From Eutreptiella sp. 'Long Island Sound 2002' (Eukaryota > Protista > Euglenida), in assembly GCA_964036045.1 (NCBI GenBank), contig OZ038378.1:181474001-181538000 (forward strand): DNA of 64,000 nucleotides, given 5' to 3'. The notes below the pieces were generated by a model that saw only the letters and a list, made by a program, of their open reading frames with translations, did no database searches and was not told where the DNA came from. Numbering within the stretch: position 1 is the stretch's first letter; every line of letters begins with the position of its first letter. Below are positions 12,347-25,290 of the stretch, in pieces. The position numbers and the translations under genes are program-made.

Positions 12347-15300
12347 TGCAGCACAGCACAACACTGCACAGCACAGCACAGCACTGCACAGCACAGCACA
12401 GCACAGCACAGCACTGCACTGCACAGCACTGCACAGCACTGCACTGCACTGCACAGCACTGCACAGCACAGCACAGCACTGCACAGCACAGCACAGCACT
12501 GCACAGCACTGCACAGCACAGCACTGCACTGCACTGCACTGCACTGCACAGCACAGCACAGCACAGCACTGCACTGCACAGCACTGCACAGCACAGCACT
12601 GCACTGCACTGCATTGCACTGCACTGCACTGCACAGCACTGCACTGCACAGCACAGCACTGCACTGCACTGCACTGCACTGCACAGCACAGCACAGCACA
12701 GCACAGCACAGCACTGCACTGCACTGCACTGCACTGCACAGCACTGCACTGCACAGCACAGCACAGCACAGCACAGCACAGCACTGCACAGCACAGCACA
12801 GCACAGCACTGCACAGCACTGCACTGCACAGCACAGCACAGCACAGCACTGCACAGCACTGCACTGCACTGCACTGCACTGCACTGCACTGCACTGCACT
12901 GCACTGCACTGCACAGCACAGCACTGCACTGCACAGCACAGCACAGCACAGCACTGCACAGCACAGCACAGCACAGCACAGCACAGCACTGCACTGCACT
13001 GCACAGCACAGCACAGCACAGCACAGCACAGCACAGCACAGCACAGCACAGCACTGCACTGCACTGCACTGCACAGCACAGCACAGCACAGCACTGCACA
13101 GCACTGCACAGCACTGCACAGCACAGCACAGCACAGCACTGCACTGCACTGCACAGCACTGCACAGCACAGCACTGCACAGCACAGCACTGCACAGCACA
13201 GCACAGCACAGCACTGCACAGCACTGCACAGCACTGCACAGCACAGCACAGCACAGCACTGCACAGCACAGCACGCAGCACAGCACTGCACAGCACAGCA
13301 CTGCACTGCACTGCACTGCACAGCACTGCACTGCACTGCACTGCACAGCACAGCACAGCACAGCACAGCACTGCACTGCACTGCACTGCACTGCACAGCA
13401 CAGCACAGCACTGCACAGCACTGCACTGCACAGCACAGCACAGCACAGCACAGCACAGCACAGCACAGCACAGCACAGCACAGCACAGCACAGCACAGCA
13501 CAGCACTGCACAGCGGAGCACAGCACAGCAGAGCACAGCACAGCACTGCACTGCACTGCACTGCACTGCACAGCACAGCACTGCACTGCACAGCACTGCA
13601 CAGCACTGCACAGCACAGCACAGCACAGCACTGCACAGCACAGCACAGCACAGCACAGCACAGCACAGCACAGCACTGCACAGCACAGCACAGCACAGCT
13701 CTGCACTGCACTGCACAGCACAGCACTGCACTGCACTGCACAGCACAGCACTGCACAGCACAGCACAGCACTGCACTGCACAGCACAGCACTGCACAGCA
13801 CAGCACAGCACAGCACTGCACTGCACAGCACTGCACAGCACAGCACAGCACAGCACTGCACAGCACAGCACTGCACAGCACTGCACAGCACTGCACAGCA
13901 CAGCACAGCACAGCACTGCACTGCACAGCACTGCACTGCACAGCACAGCACAGCACAGCACTGCACAGCACTGCACAGCACTGCACTGCACAGCACAGCA
14001 CAGCACTGCACTGCACAGCACTGCACTGCACAGCACAGCACAGCACAGCACAGCACAGCACAGCACAGCACAGCACAGCACAGCACAGCACTGCACAGCG
14101 CAGCACAGCACAGCACTGCACAGCACAGCACAGCACAGCACAGCACTGCACTGCACAGCACAGCACAGCACAGCACAGCACAGCACAGCACAGCACAGCA
14201 CAGCACTGCACTGCACTGCACTGCACTGCACTGCACAGCACTGCACTGCACTGCACTGCACAGCACAGCACTGCACTGCACTGCACAGCACAGCACAGCA
14301 CAGCACAGCACAGCACAGCACTGCACTGCACTGCACTGCACAGCACAGCACTGCACAGCACAGCACAGCACAGCACAGCACTGCACAGCACTGCACAGCA
14401 CAGCACAGCACAGCACAGCACTGCACTGCACTGCACTGCACTGCACAGCACTGCACTGCACAGCACAGCACAGCACAGCACAGCACAGCACTGCACAGCA
14501 CAGCACAGCACAGCACAGCACTGCACAGCACTGCACAGCACTGCACTGCACAGCACAGCACTGCACTGCACTGCACTGCACAGCACAGCACTGCACTGCA
14601 CAGCACAGCACAGCACTGCACTGCACTGCACTGCACTGCACAGCACAGCACAGCACAGCACAGCACAGCACTGCACTGCACTGCACTGCACAGCACAGCA
14701 CTGCACAGCACAGCACAGCACAGCACAGCACTGCACAGCACTGCACAGCACAGCACAGCACAGCACAGCACTGCACTGCACTGCACTGCACTGCGCAGCA
14801 CTGCACTGCACTGCACAGCACAGCACAGCACAGCACAGCACTGCACAGCACAGCACAGCACAGCACTGCACTGCACTGCACTGCACAGCACAGCACTGCA
14901 CAGCACAGCACAGCACAGCACAGCACTGCACAGCACTGCACAGCACAGCACAGCACAGCACAGCACTGCACTGCACTGCACTGCACTGCACAGCACTGCA
15001 CTGCACAGCACAGCACAGCACAGCACAGCACAGCACTGCACAGCACAGCACAGCACAGCACAGCACTGCACAGCACTGCACAGCACTGCACTGCACAGCA
15101 CAGCACTGCACTGCACTGCACTGCACAGCACAGCACTGCACTGCACAGCACAGCACAGCACTGCACTGCACTGCACTGCACTGCACAGCACAGCACAGCA
15201 CAGCACAGCACAGCACTGCACTGCACTGCACTGCACAGCACAGCACTGCACAGCACAGCACAGCACAGCACAGCACTGCACAGCACTGCAGAGCACAGCA

Positions 15301-18300
15301 CAGCACAGCACAGCACAGCACAGCACAGCACTGCACTGCACTGCACAGCACAGCACAGCACAGCACAGCACAGCACAGCACAGCACAGCACTGCACTGCA
15401 CTGCACTGCACAGCACAGCACAGCACAGCACTGCACAGCACTGCACAGCACTGCACAGCACAGCACAGCACAGCACTGCACTGCACAGCACAGCACTGCA
15501 CAGCACAGCACTGCACAGCACAGCACTGCACAGCACAGCACAGCACAGCACTGCACAGCACTGCACAGCACTGCACAGCACAGCACAGCACAGCACTGCA
15601 CAGCACAGCACGCAGCACAGCACAGCACAGCACAGCACTGCACTGCACTGCACTGCACAGCACTGCACTGCACTGCACTGCACAGCACAGCACAGCACAG
15701 CACAGCACTGCACTGCACTGCACTGCACTGCACAGCACAGCACAGCACTGCACAGCACTGCACTGCACAGCACAGCACAGCACAGCACAGCACAGCACAG
15801 CACAGCACAGCACTGCACTGCACAGCACTGCACAGCACAGCACAGCACAGCACTGCACAGCACTGCACAGCACTGCACAGCACTGCACAGCACAGCACAG
15901 CACTGCACAGCACTGCACTGCACAGCACAGCACTGCACAGCACAGCACAGCACAGCAGAGCACAGCACAGCACTGCACTGCACTGCACTGCACTGCACAG
16001 CACAGCACTGCACTGCACAGCACTGCACAGCACTGCACAGCACAGCACAGCACAGCACTGCACAGCACAGCACTGCACAGCACTGCACAGCACAGCACAG
16101 CACTGCACAGCACAGCACAGCACAGCACTGCACTGCACTGCACAGCACAGCACAGCACAGCACAGCACAGCACTGCACTGCACAGCACTGCACAGCACTG
16201 CACTGCACAGCACAGCACTGCACAGCACAGCACAGCACAGCACTGCACTGCACAGCACTGCACAGCACAGCACAGCACAGCACAGCACAGCACAGCACTG
16301 CACAGCACTGCACAGCACAGCACAGCACAGCACAGCACAGCACTGCACTGCACAGCACTGCACTGCACAGCACAGCACAGCACAGCACTGCACAGCACTG
16401 CACTGCACTGCACTGCACAGCACAGCACAGCACTGCACTGCACAGCACTGCACTGCACAGCACAGCACAGCACAGCACAGCACAGCACAGCACAGCACAG
16501 CACAGCACAGCACTGCACTGCACAGCACAGCACAGCACTGCACAGCACAGCACAGCACAGCACAGCACTGCACTGCACAGCACAGCACAGCACAGCACAG
16601 CACAGCACAGCACAGCACAGCACAGCACAGCACTGCACTGCACTGCACTGCACTGCACAGCACTGCACTGCACTGCACTGCACAGCACAGCACTGCACTG
16701 CACTGCACTGCACAGCACAGCACAGCACAGCACAGCACAGCACTGCACTGCACTGCACTGCACAGCACAGCACTGCACAGCACAGCACAGCACAGCACAG
16801 CACTGCACAGCACTGCACAGCACAGCACAGCACAGCACAGCACTGCACTGCACTGCACTGCACTGCACAGCACTGCACTGCACAGCACAGCACAGCACAG
16901 CACAGCACAGCACTGCACAGCACAGCACAGCACAGCACAGCACTGCACAGCACTGCACAGCACTGCACTGCACAGCACAGCACAGCACTGCACTGCACAG
17001 CACTGCACTGCACAGCACAGCACAGCACAGCACAGCACAGCACAGCACAGCACAGCACAGCACAGCACAGCACAGCACTGCACTGCACAGCACAGCACTG
17101 CACTGCACTGCACTGCACTGCACTGCACAGCACAGCACAGCACAGCACAGCACAGCACAGCACTGCACTGCACTGCACAGCACTGCACTGCACAGCACAG
17201 CACAGCACAGCACAGCACAGCACTGCACAGCACAGCACAGCACAGCACTGCACTGCACTGCACTGCACAGCACAGCACTGCACAGCACAGCACAGCACAG
17301 CACTGCACTGCACAGCACAGCACAGCACAGCACAGCACAGCACAGCACAGCACAGCACAGCACAGCACTGCACAGCACAGCACTGCACAGCACAGCACAG
17401 CACAGCACTGCACTGCACAGCACAGCACAGCACTGCACAGCACAGCACAGCACTGCACTGCACTGCACAGCACAGCACAGCACTGCACAGCACAGCACAG
17501 CACTGCACTGCACTGCACTGCACTGCACAGCACAGCACTGCACAGCACTGCACAGCACTGCACAGCACAGCACAGCACAGCACTGCACTGCACAGCACAG
17601 CACTGCACAGCACAGCACTGCACAGCACAGCACAGCACTGCACTGCACGCAGCACAGCACTGCACAGCACTGCACAGCACTGCACAGCACTGCACTGCAC
17701 TGCACAGCACTGCACTGCACTGCACTGCACTGCACTGCACAGCACAGCACTGCACTGCACGCAGCACAGCACAGCACAGCACAGCACAGCACAGCACTGC
17801 ACTGCACTGCACTGCACAGCACTGCACTGCACTGCACTGCACTGCACTGCACAGCACAGCACTGCACTGCACTGCACTGCACTGCACAGCACAGCACAGC
17901 ACAGCACAGCACTGCACTGCACTGCACTGCACAGCACAGCACAGCACTGCACAGCACTGCACAGCACTGCACAGCACAGCACAGCACAGCACTGCACAGC
18001 ACAGCACAGCACAGCACTGCACAGCACAGCACAGCACTGCACAGCACAGCACAGCACAGCACAGCACTGCACTGCACAGCACAGCACAGCACAGCACAGC
18101 ACAGCACAGCACAGCACAGCACAGCACTGCACTGCACTGCACTGCACTGCACTGCACAGCACAGCACAGCACAGCACAGCACAGCACAGCACTGCACTGC
18201 ACAGCACTGCACAGCACAGCACTGCACAGCACTGCACAGCACAGCACTGCACAGCACTGCACAGCACTGCACAGCACAGCACAGCACTGCACTGCACAGC

Positions 18301-21300
18301 ACTGCACTGCACAGCACAGCACAGCACTGCACTGCACTGCACTGCACAGCACAGCACTGCACAGCACTGCACAGCACAGCACTGCACTGCACTGCACTGC
18401 ACTGCACTGCACTGCACTGCGCAGCACAGCACAGCACAGCACTGCACTGCACAGCACAGCACAGCACAGCACAGCACTGCACAGCACAGCACAGCACTGC
18501 ACTGCACTGCACAGCACAGCACTGCACAGCACTGCACAGCACTGCACAGCACAGCACAGCACAGCACTGCACTGCACTGCACTGCACAGCACAGCACAGC
18601 ACTGCACAGCACAGCACAGCACTGCACTGCACGCAGCACAGCACTGCACAGCAGTGCACAGCACTGCACAGCACAGCACTGCACAGCACAGCACAGCACT
18701 GCACAGCACAGCACGCAGCACAGCACAGCACAGCACAGCACTGCACTGCACTGCACTGCACAGCACTGCACAGCACAGCACAGCACAGCACAGCACAGCA
18801 CTGCACTGCACAGCACAGCACAGCACAGCACAGCACAGCACTGCACAGCACAGCACAGCACAGCACTGCACTGCACTGCACTGCACAGCACAGCACTGCA
18901 CAGCACTGCACAGCACAGCACTGCACTGCACTGCACTGCACTGCACTGCACTGCACTGCGCAGCACAGCACAGCACAGCACTGCACTGCACAGCACAGCA
19001 CAGCACAGCACAGCACTGCACAGCACAGCACAGCACTGCACTGCACTGCACAGCACAGCACTGCACAGCACTGCACAGCACTGCACAGCACAGCACAGCA
19101 CAGCACTGCACTGCACTGCACTGCACAGCACAGCACAGCACTGCACAGCACAGCACAGCACTGCACTGCACGCAGCACAGCACTGCACAGCAGTGCACAG
19201 CACTGCACAGCACAGCACTGCACAGCACAGCACAGCACTGCACAGCACAGCACGCAGCACAGCACAGCACAGCACAGCACTGCACTGCACTGCACTGCAC
19301 AGCACTGCACTGCACTGCACTGCACAGCACTGCACAGCACAGCACTGCACTGCACTGCACTGCACTGCACTGCACAGCACAGCACAGCACTGCACAGCAC
19401 TGCACTGCACAGCACAGCACAGCACAGCACAGCACAGCACAGCACAGCACAGCACAGCACAGCACAGCACAGCACTGCACAGCACAGCACAGCACTGCAC
19501 AGCACAGCACAGCACAGCACAGCACTGCACAGCACAGCACAGCACAGCACTGCACAGCACAGCACAGCACTGCACTGCACTGCACTGCACAGCACTGCAC
19601 TGCAGTGCACTGCACAGCACAGCACAGCACTGCACAGCACTGCACAGCACTGCACAGCACAGCACAGCACAGCACTGCACTGCACTGCACTGCACTGCAC
19701 TGCACTGCACAGCACTGCACAGCACAGCACAGCACTGCACAGCACTGCACAGCACAGCACAGCACAGCACAGCACAGCACTGCACTGCACAGCACAGCAC
19801 AGCACAGCACTGCACAGCACAGCACAGCACTGCATTGCACTGCACAGCACAGCACAGCACAGCACAGCACAGCACTGCACTGCACTGCACTGCACTGCAC
19901 AGCACAGCACAGCACTGCACAGCACTGCACAGCACTGCACAGCACAGCACAGCACAGCACTGCACTGCACTGCACTGCACTGCACAGCACAGCACTGCAC
20001 AGCACAGCACTGCACAGCACAGCACTGCACAGCACTGCACAGCACAGCACAGCACAGCACTGCACAGCACAGCACAGCACAGCACTGCACTGCACAGAAC
20101 AGCACAGCACAGCACAGCACAGCACTGCACTGCACAGCACAGCACAGCACAGCACTGCACAGCACAGCACAGCACTGCACTGCACTGCACAGCACAGCAC
20201 AGCACAGCACAGCACAGCACTGCACTGCACTGCACTGCACTGCACAGCACAGCACAGCACTGCACAGCACTGCACAGCACTGCACAGCACAGCACAGCAC
20301 AGCACTGCACTGCACTGCACTGCACAGCACAGCACTGCACTGCACGCAGCACAGCACTGCACAGCACTGCACAGCACTGCACAGCACAGCACAGCACAGC
20401 ACAGCACAGCACAGCACAGCACAGCACGCAGCACAGCACAGCACAGCACAGCACTGCACTGCACTGCACTGCACAGCACTGCACTGCACTGCACTGCACA
20501 GCACTGCACTGCACAGCACTGCACTGCACAGCACAGCACAGCACAGCACAGCACAGCACAGCACAGCACAGCACTGCACAGCACAGCACAGCACTGCACA
20601 GCACAGCACAGCACAGCACAGCACTGCACAGCACAGCACAGCACTGCACAGCACAGCACTGCACTGCACTGCACTGCACAGCACAGCACAGCACAGCACA
20701 GCACAGCACAGCACAGCACTGCACTGCACTGCACAGCACAGCACTGCACTGCACTGCACTGCACAGCACAGCACAGCACAGCACAGCACAGCACAGCACA
20801 GCACAGCACAGCACTGCACAGCACAGCACAGCACTGCACAGCACAGCACAGCACAGCACAGCACTGCACAGCACAGCACAGCACAGCACTGCACAGCACA
20901 GCACAGCACTGCACTGTACTGCACTGCACACCACAGCACAGCACTGCACAGCACTGCACAGCACTGCACAGCACAGCACAGCACAGCACTGCACAGCACA
21001 GCACAGCACAGCACAGCACTGCACTGCACAGCACAGCACTGCACAGCACAGCACAGCACAGCACTGCACAGCACAGCACAGCACAGCACAGCACTGCACA
21101 GCACAGCACAGCACAGCACAGAACAGCACTGCACTGCACAGCACAGCACAGCACAGCACTGCACAGCACAGCACAGCACTGCACTGCACTGCACTGCACA
21201 GCACAGCACAGCACAGCACAGCACAGCACAGCACTGCACTGCACTGCACTGCACAGCACAGCACAGCACTGCACAGCACTGCACAGCACTGCACAGCACA

Positions 21301-22306
21301 GCACAGCACAGCACTGCACTGCACTGCACTGCACTGCACAGCACAGCACTGCACTGCACGCAGCACAGCACTGCACAGCACTGCACAGCACTGCACAGCA
21401 CTGCACAGCACAGCACAGCACAGCACAGCACAGCACAGCACGCAGCACAGCACAGCACAGCACAGCACTGCACTGCACTGCACTGCACAGCACTCCACTG
21501 CACTGCACTGCACAGCACTGCACTGCACAGCACAGCACTGCACTGCACTGCACTGCACAGCACAGCACAGCACAGCACAGCACAGCACAGCACAGCACAG
21601 CACAGCACTGCACAGCACAGCACAGCACTGCACAGCACAGCACAGCACAGCACAGCACTGCACAGCACAGCACAGCACAGCACTGCACAGCACAGCACAG
21701 CACTGCACTGCACTGCACAGCACTGCACAGCACAGCACAGCACAGCACTGCACAGCACTGCACAGCACAGCACAGCACTGCACTGCACAGCACAGCACTG
21801 CACAGCACAGCACAGCACAGCACAGCACTGCACTGCACTGCACAGCACAGCACAGCACAGCACAGCACAGCACAGCACAGCACAGCACTGCACTGCACTG
21901 CACTGCACTGCACAGCACAGCACAGCACAGCACAGCACAGCACAGCACTGCACTGCACAGCACAGCACAGCACTGCACAGCACTGCACAGCACAGCACAG
22001 CACAGCACTGCACAGCACAGCACAGCACAGCACAGCACTGCACAGCACTGCACAGCACTGCACTGCACTGCACTGCACAGCACTGCACTGCACAGCACAG
22101 CACAGCACTGCACTGCACAGCACTGCACTGCACAGCACTGCACAGCACAGCACTGCACAGCACTGCACAGCACAGCACAGCACAGCACTGCACTGCACGC
22201 AGCACAGCACAGCACACTACAGCACAGCACACCACAGCGCATAGCATACCACATCACGGCACACAATACACCACATTACACCACAGCACAGCACAGCACA
22301 GCACAC
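12347..22306. repeat. Binary pentanucleotide satellite (GCACA/GCACT)n, about 2000 units, filling intron 2
   Basis: Directly visible. Bounded by donor GAG|GTGTGC (22306) and acceptor TAG (12343). Confidence 0.97.
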
Positions 22307-22837
22307 CTCCTTCAGGCCTGCCAGGGCCTGCGCCCCAAGGGCCCCGATGTGGTTGTACCGGAGGTCCAAGTAGAGCACGCGGAGGGCGGGCGCCTCCTTC
22401 AGCGCGGCCAGGGCCTGGGCTCCGCTCGTCCCCACGTCACACACGGAGTTGCTCTTGTGGCAGGCGGGAAGGAGGAGGTGGAGGGTGTGGAGTGTGGGGA
22501 GGTCCTTGAGCGTCGCCAGGGCCCTGGCCCCGCGGTCCGCCACCGCGTTGAACCCCAGGTTCAGGTACAGGACCCGGAGGGCCTTGGCGGTCCGGAGCGT
22601 CCCCAGCGCCTCCGCCCCCGTGTCGTGCACGCTGTTGCAGGAGAGGTCGAGGTGCAGCGTGTGCAGCAGCGGGGCGCACCGCAGCCGGGCGAGGGCCACG
22701 GCGCCGCCGTCGCGCAGGTCGTTGCAGGCGAGCCCCAGGTGCAGCACGCGCAGCGCCGGCGCGTCCTTCAGGGACCCCAGACCGTCGGTGGTGCTGATGC
22801 CGTGGATGTTGTTGCAGGTGAGGTCCAGGTGGAGCAC
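22307..22837 (-). CDS. F-box-like/LRR protein, exon 2 (VLHLDLTCN...ALAGLKE)
   Basis: Pyrimidine tract plus CAG acceptor at 22840-22838, GT donor at 22306. 531 nt = 177 codons, six LRRs. Confidence 0.92.
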
Positions 22838-23725
22838 CTGGAGAGCAGTGGATGAGAGAGTGCCCAGCAGGCCTTTGCTTAGAGGGGGGGGGGAAGGGGG
22901 CGTCAGGGCGGGTTCCTAGTGAGGAGCCTTGTGGATGGCGCTGGGTCCTACTCAGTTGCCCGTAGGGCGAGGCTCCTTCCTACTGAGCTGACTGACATGT
23001 GGGGCTGGATCCTACTGAGACCCCTTCACCAGAGCAGGGCCACCCCCAGCCCCCGCCCCCACTAAGCAAAGGCCTGGTGCCCGGAGAAAGCGCACGAAAG
23101 TGTAGTCCGCCCCCCCCCCGCAGCTTCCCCACGTTCCGCAGGAGGAGCTCCGAATCGCATGCCACGTGCCTCCACAACGCAGTTGAAGTTTGCGCACCAG
23201 CACCCCCCAATACCCCCCTCGACGTCAACGCGACTTCGAAGGACCAGGGGACGGTGGGTGTCTGGCAATCCCTCACGCTGGACCCCCTCCGCTGGATGGC
23301 CATCGGGGCTCACAGGAGGTGTTAACAGTGGTGGCAAAAGTGGCTCCTTGCGTCTGGACAGGCGGTTGCAGGGCAGTTGCTGGCGAGTACCCACTGGTTT
23401 TCCTGGGATTCAGTGACAACTTTTTGACCACTGCGACAGTGACAGTGACAGTGACAGTGACAGTGACAAGTGTTGACCCGCACAAAATTGCTTCAGCGCC
23501 TTCGGCACGAGGCTTCACGGTGACTGAGTGCTGGCGTCCCACTCAACTGAGCCCACCCCGCCCACTTTTGCGGGCCTCTATTGACCCCCAGCCCGCAATT
23601 GTAGACCCCCTGCTCCACGTGGGCAGAGATTTTGGGGGTCTTGGGGCCGGTGGGGGGGGGGGGGGGGGACAACAGCAACCGAAAAGACACCGTCCAGACG
23701 ACCGGAGTCCCGCCGCACAACACAC

Positions 23726-24502
23726 CTCCAGCCGCTTGGCCTCCCGCAGCACGCCCAACGACTGCGCCCCGGCGGCGCACACTTGATTGCAGGCGAGGTT
23801 CACGCGGAGGGTCTGGAGCGCCGGGGTCTCCCGCAGCGCCGTCAGGATGCGCGCCCCCCCGGCCGTGATCCGGTTGTGGCTGAGGTCGAGGTGCAGGTCC
23901 CGGAGCGCCGGGCAGTGCCGCAGGCCCACCAGCCCAAAGATGTCCGCGTCGCGCGCGTTGCTGTGGGCGAGCTCGAGGTGCAGCGTCTGCAGGGCTCGCA
24001 TGCCCCGTGCCACGGTCATCGACCGGGCGATGCTGTCCCCCACCGCGTTGCAGGCCAGGCCCAGCCGCAGCGCCTCCAGGAGCGGCGCCTCCTGGAACGC
24101 CTCCAGCGCGGCCAGCACCCCGGCGACCCCGTCCCGGTCGCTGGGGCTCGCGGACAGCCGCAGCGTCCGCATCGCCGCGGTCCACTCGCGGAACATGGCC
24201 GCGGACTTGAGGCTGCTGCGCCGGCGCGTCGCCAGGAGCGGGAGCAGGGGGTCGGACTTGGGGCACAGCCACTTCGCGGGGAGGCCGATGAGCGGGGGGC
24301 CCGGGGAGGTGGGGTGGCTCCTTGTCCGGGCGGGGAATTGCATGTGCAGGTGCTGCTTCTCCAGCAGCTGCCACGTCTTGCGGCACACGCAGCTGAGCGC
24401 TCGGGATTGCAGATATTCGGAGATCACCAGCACGATGTCGATGGGGAGCTCCAGGGCTCTGCCGCCTGCGCACGTGTACCAAGATGAGAGACACATGGCC
24501 AT
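23726..24502 (-). CDS. F-box-like/LRR protein, exon 1
   Basis: ATG at 24502. F-box-like LELPIDIVLVISEYLQSRALSCVCRKTWQLL, then five LRRs. Donor GAG|GTGTGT at 23725. 777 nt = 259 codons, phase 0 into exon 2. Confidence 0.88.
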
Positions 24503-25245
24503 GGGGGGCGGGGGGTTGCAGTACAATTCTGGACACCGACAGCCGTGGCACGAGGGGGAAGGGGAGGGTGTTCAGTCGAAGGGGGAAGGAGTTGGTTTCT
24601 ATTGCTTGGCAGATTTGAATTCGCCATCAGCCTCTGAGCACTGAGCACTTTGCAAACCCCGCAGCGCAGGCGTGTGGGGTTAGGGGGGAGAGGGGGTCCT
24701 TGGGTTGGCATTGGGGTGGGGCGGGTTGGCCGGTATTTGTATTTAAGGGCACATGGCCCCAGGGTCAGTTCTGGGCATACCATCACAAACGACTGGCATG
24801 CCCCCAGCCAGGCCTCTTTCGTGGCAAAAGAGTCCCTCCGAAAACAAGGAGGGTGACATAACCAGTGATTGGTTTGAATCGCTTTCCTTGTGTGAGTTTG
24901 GCTTGCTTAAAGGGGTGCTGCAGGGCTTAGAATTAGGGAACCAAACCCGCTCTTGTGTTGGAAGATGGGTCGCAATAGGCGGGGGAGGCAGTGTGGGCTT
25001 TGGCTCTGGGATGCTTTTGTTGTGCGAGGAACAAGATTCTTGAAAATTGCCTTTAGAGTTCTCAAAGAAAAGTTCTTGAAGGTTAGACTTGGGTTGCTGA
25101 ATAAAAAAATGCCTCAAGGTGAGATCTAGACCATTGAATCAAAAATTCCTAAAGGCCATATTATGTGTATCACATTCCTCAAACAATAGTTCTGTTATGA
25201 AGAGAACATTGCTTGCTCACAGGTCCGTAAAAATTCCCCTTTGAA

Positions 25246-25290
25246 GGAGGAGGAGGAGGAGGAGGAGGAGGAGGAGGAGGAGGAGGAGGA
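25246..25290. repeat. (GGA)n microsatellite
   Basis: Directly visible. Confidence 0.95.

Noticed and set aside
12347-22306. CRISPR-like array or information-bearing binary code
   Set aside because: There are no spacers or cas genes and the context is eukaryotic. The A/T pattern is explained by block duplications.
11686-22855. Six ORFs of 3300-3600 aa (STAQH/CCAVL repeats)
   Set aside because: The pentamer array has no stop codons in any frame. It lies between canonical splice sites of an LRR gene whose exons join in register.
22449-24644. Plus-strand and alternative-frame ORFs overlapping the LRR exons
   Set aside because: They are shadow ORFs of GC3-rich coding sequence. Only one frame carries the LRR motifs.
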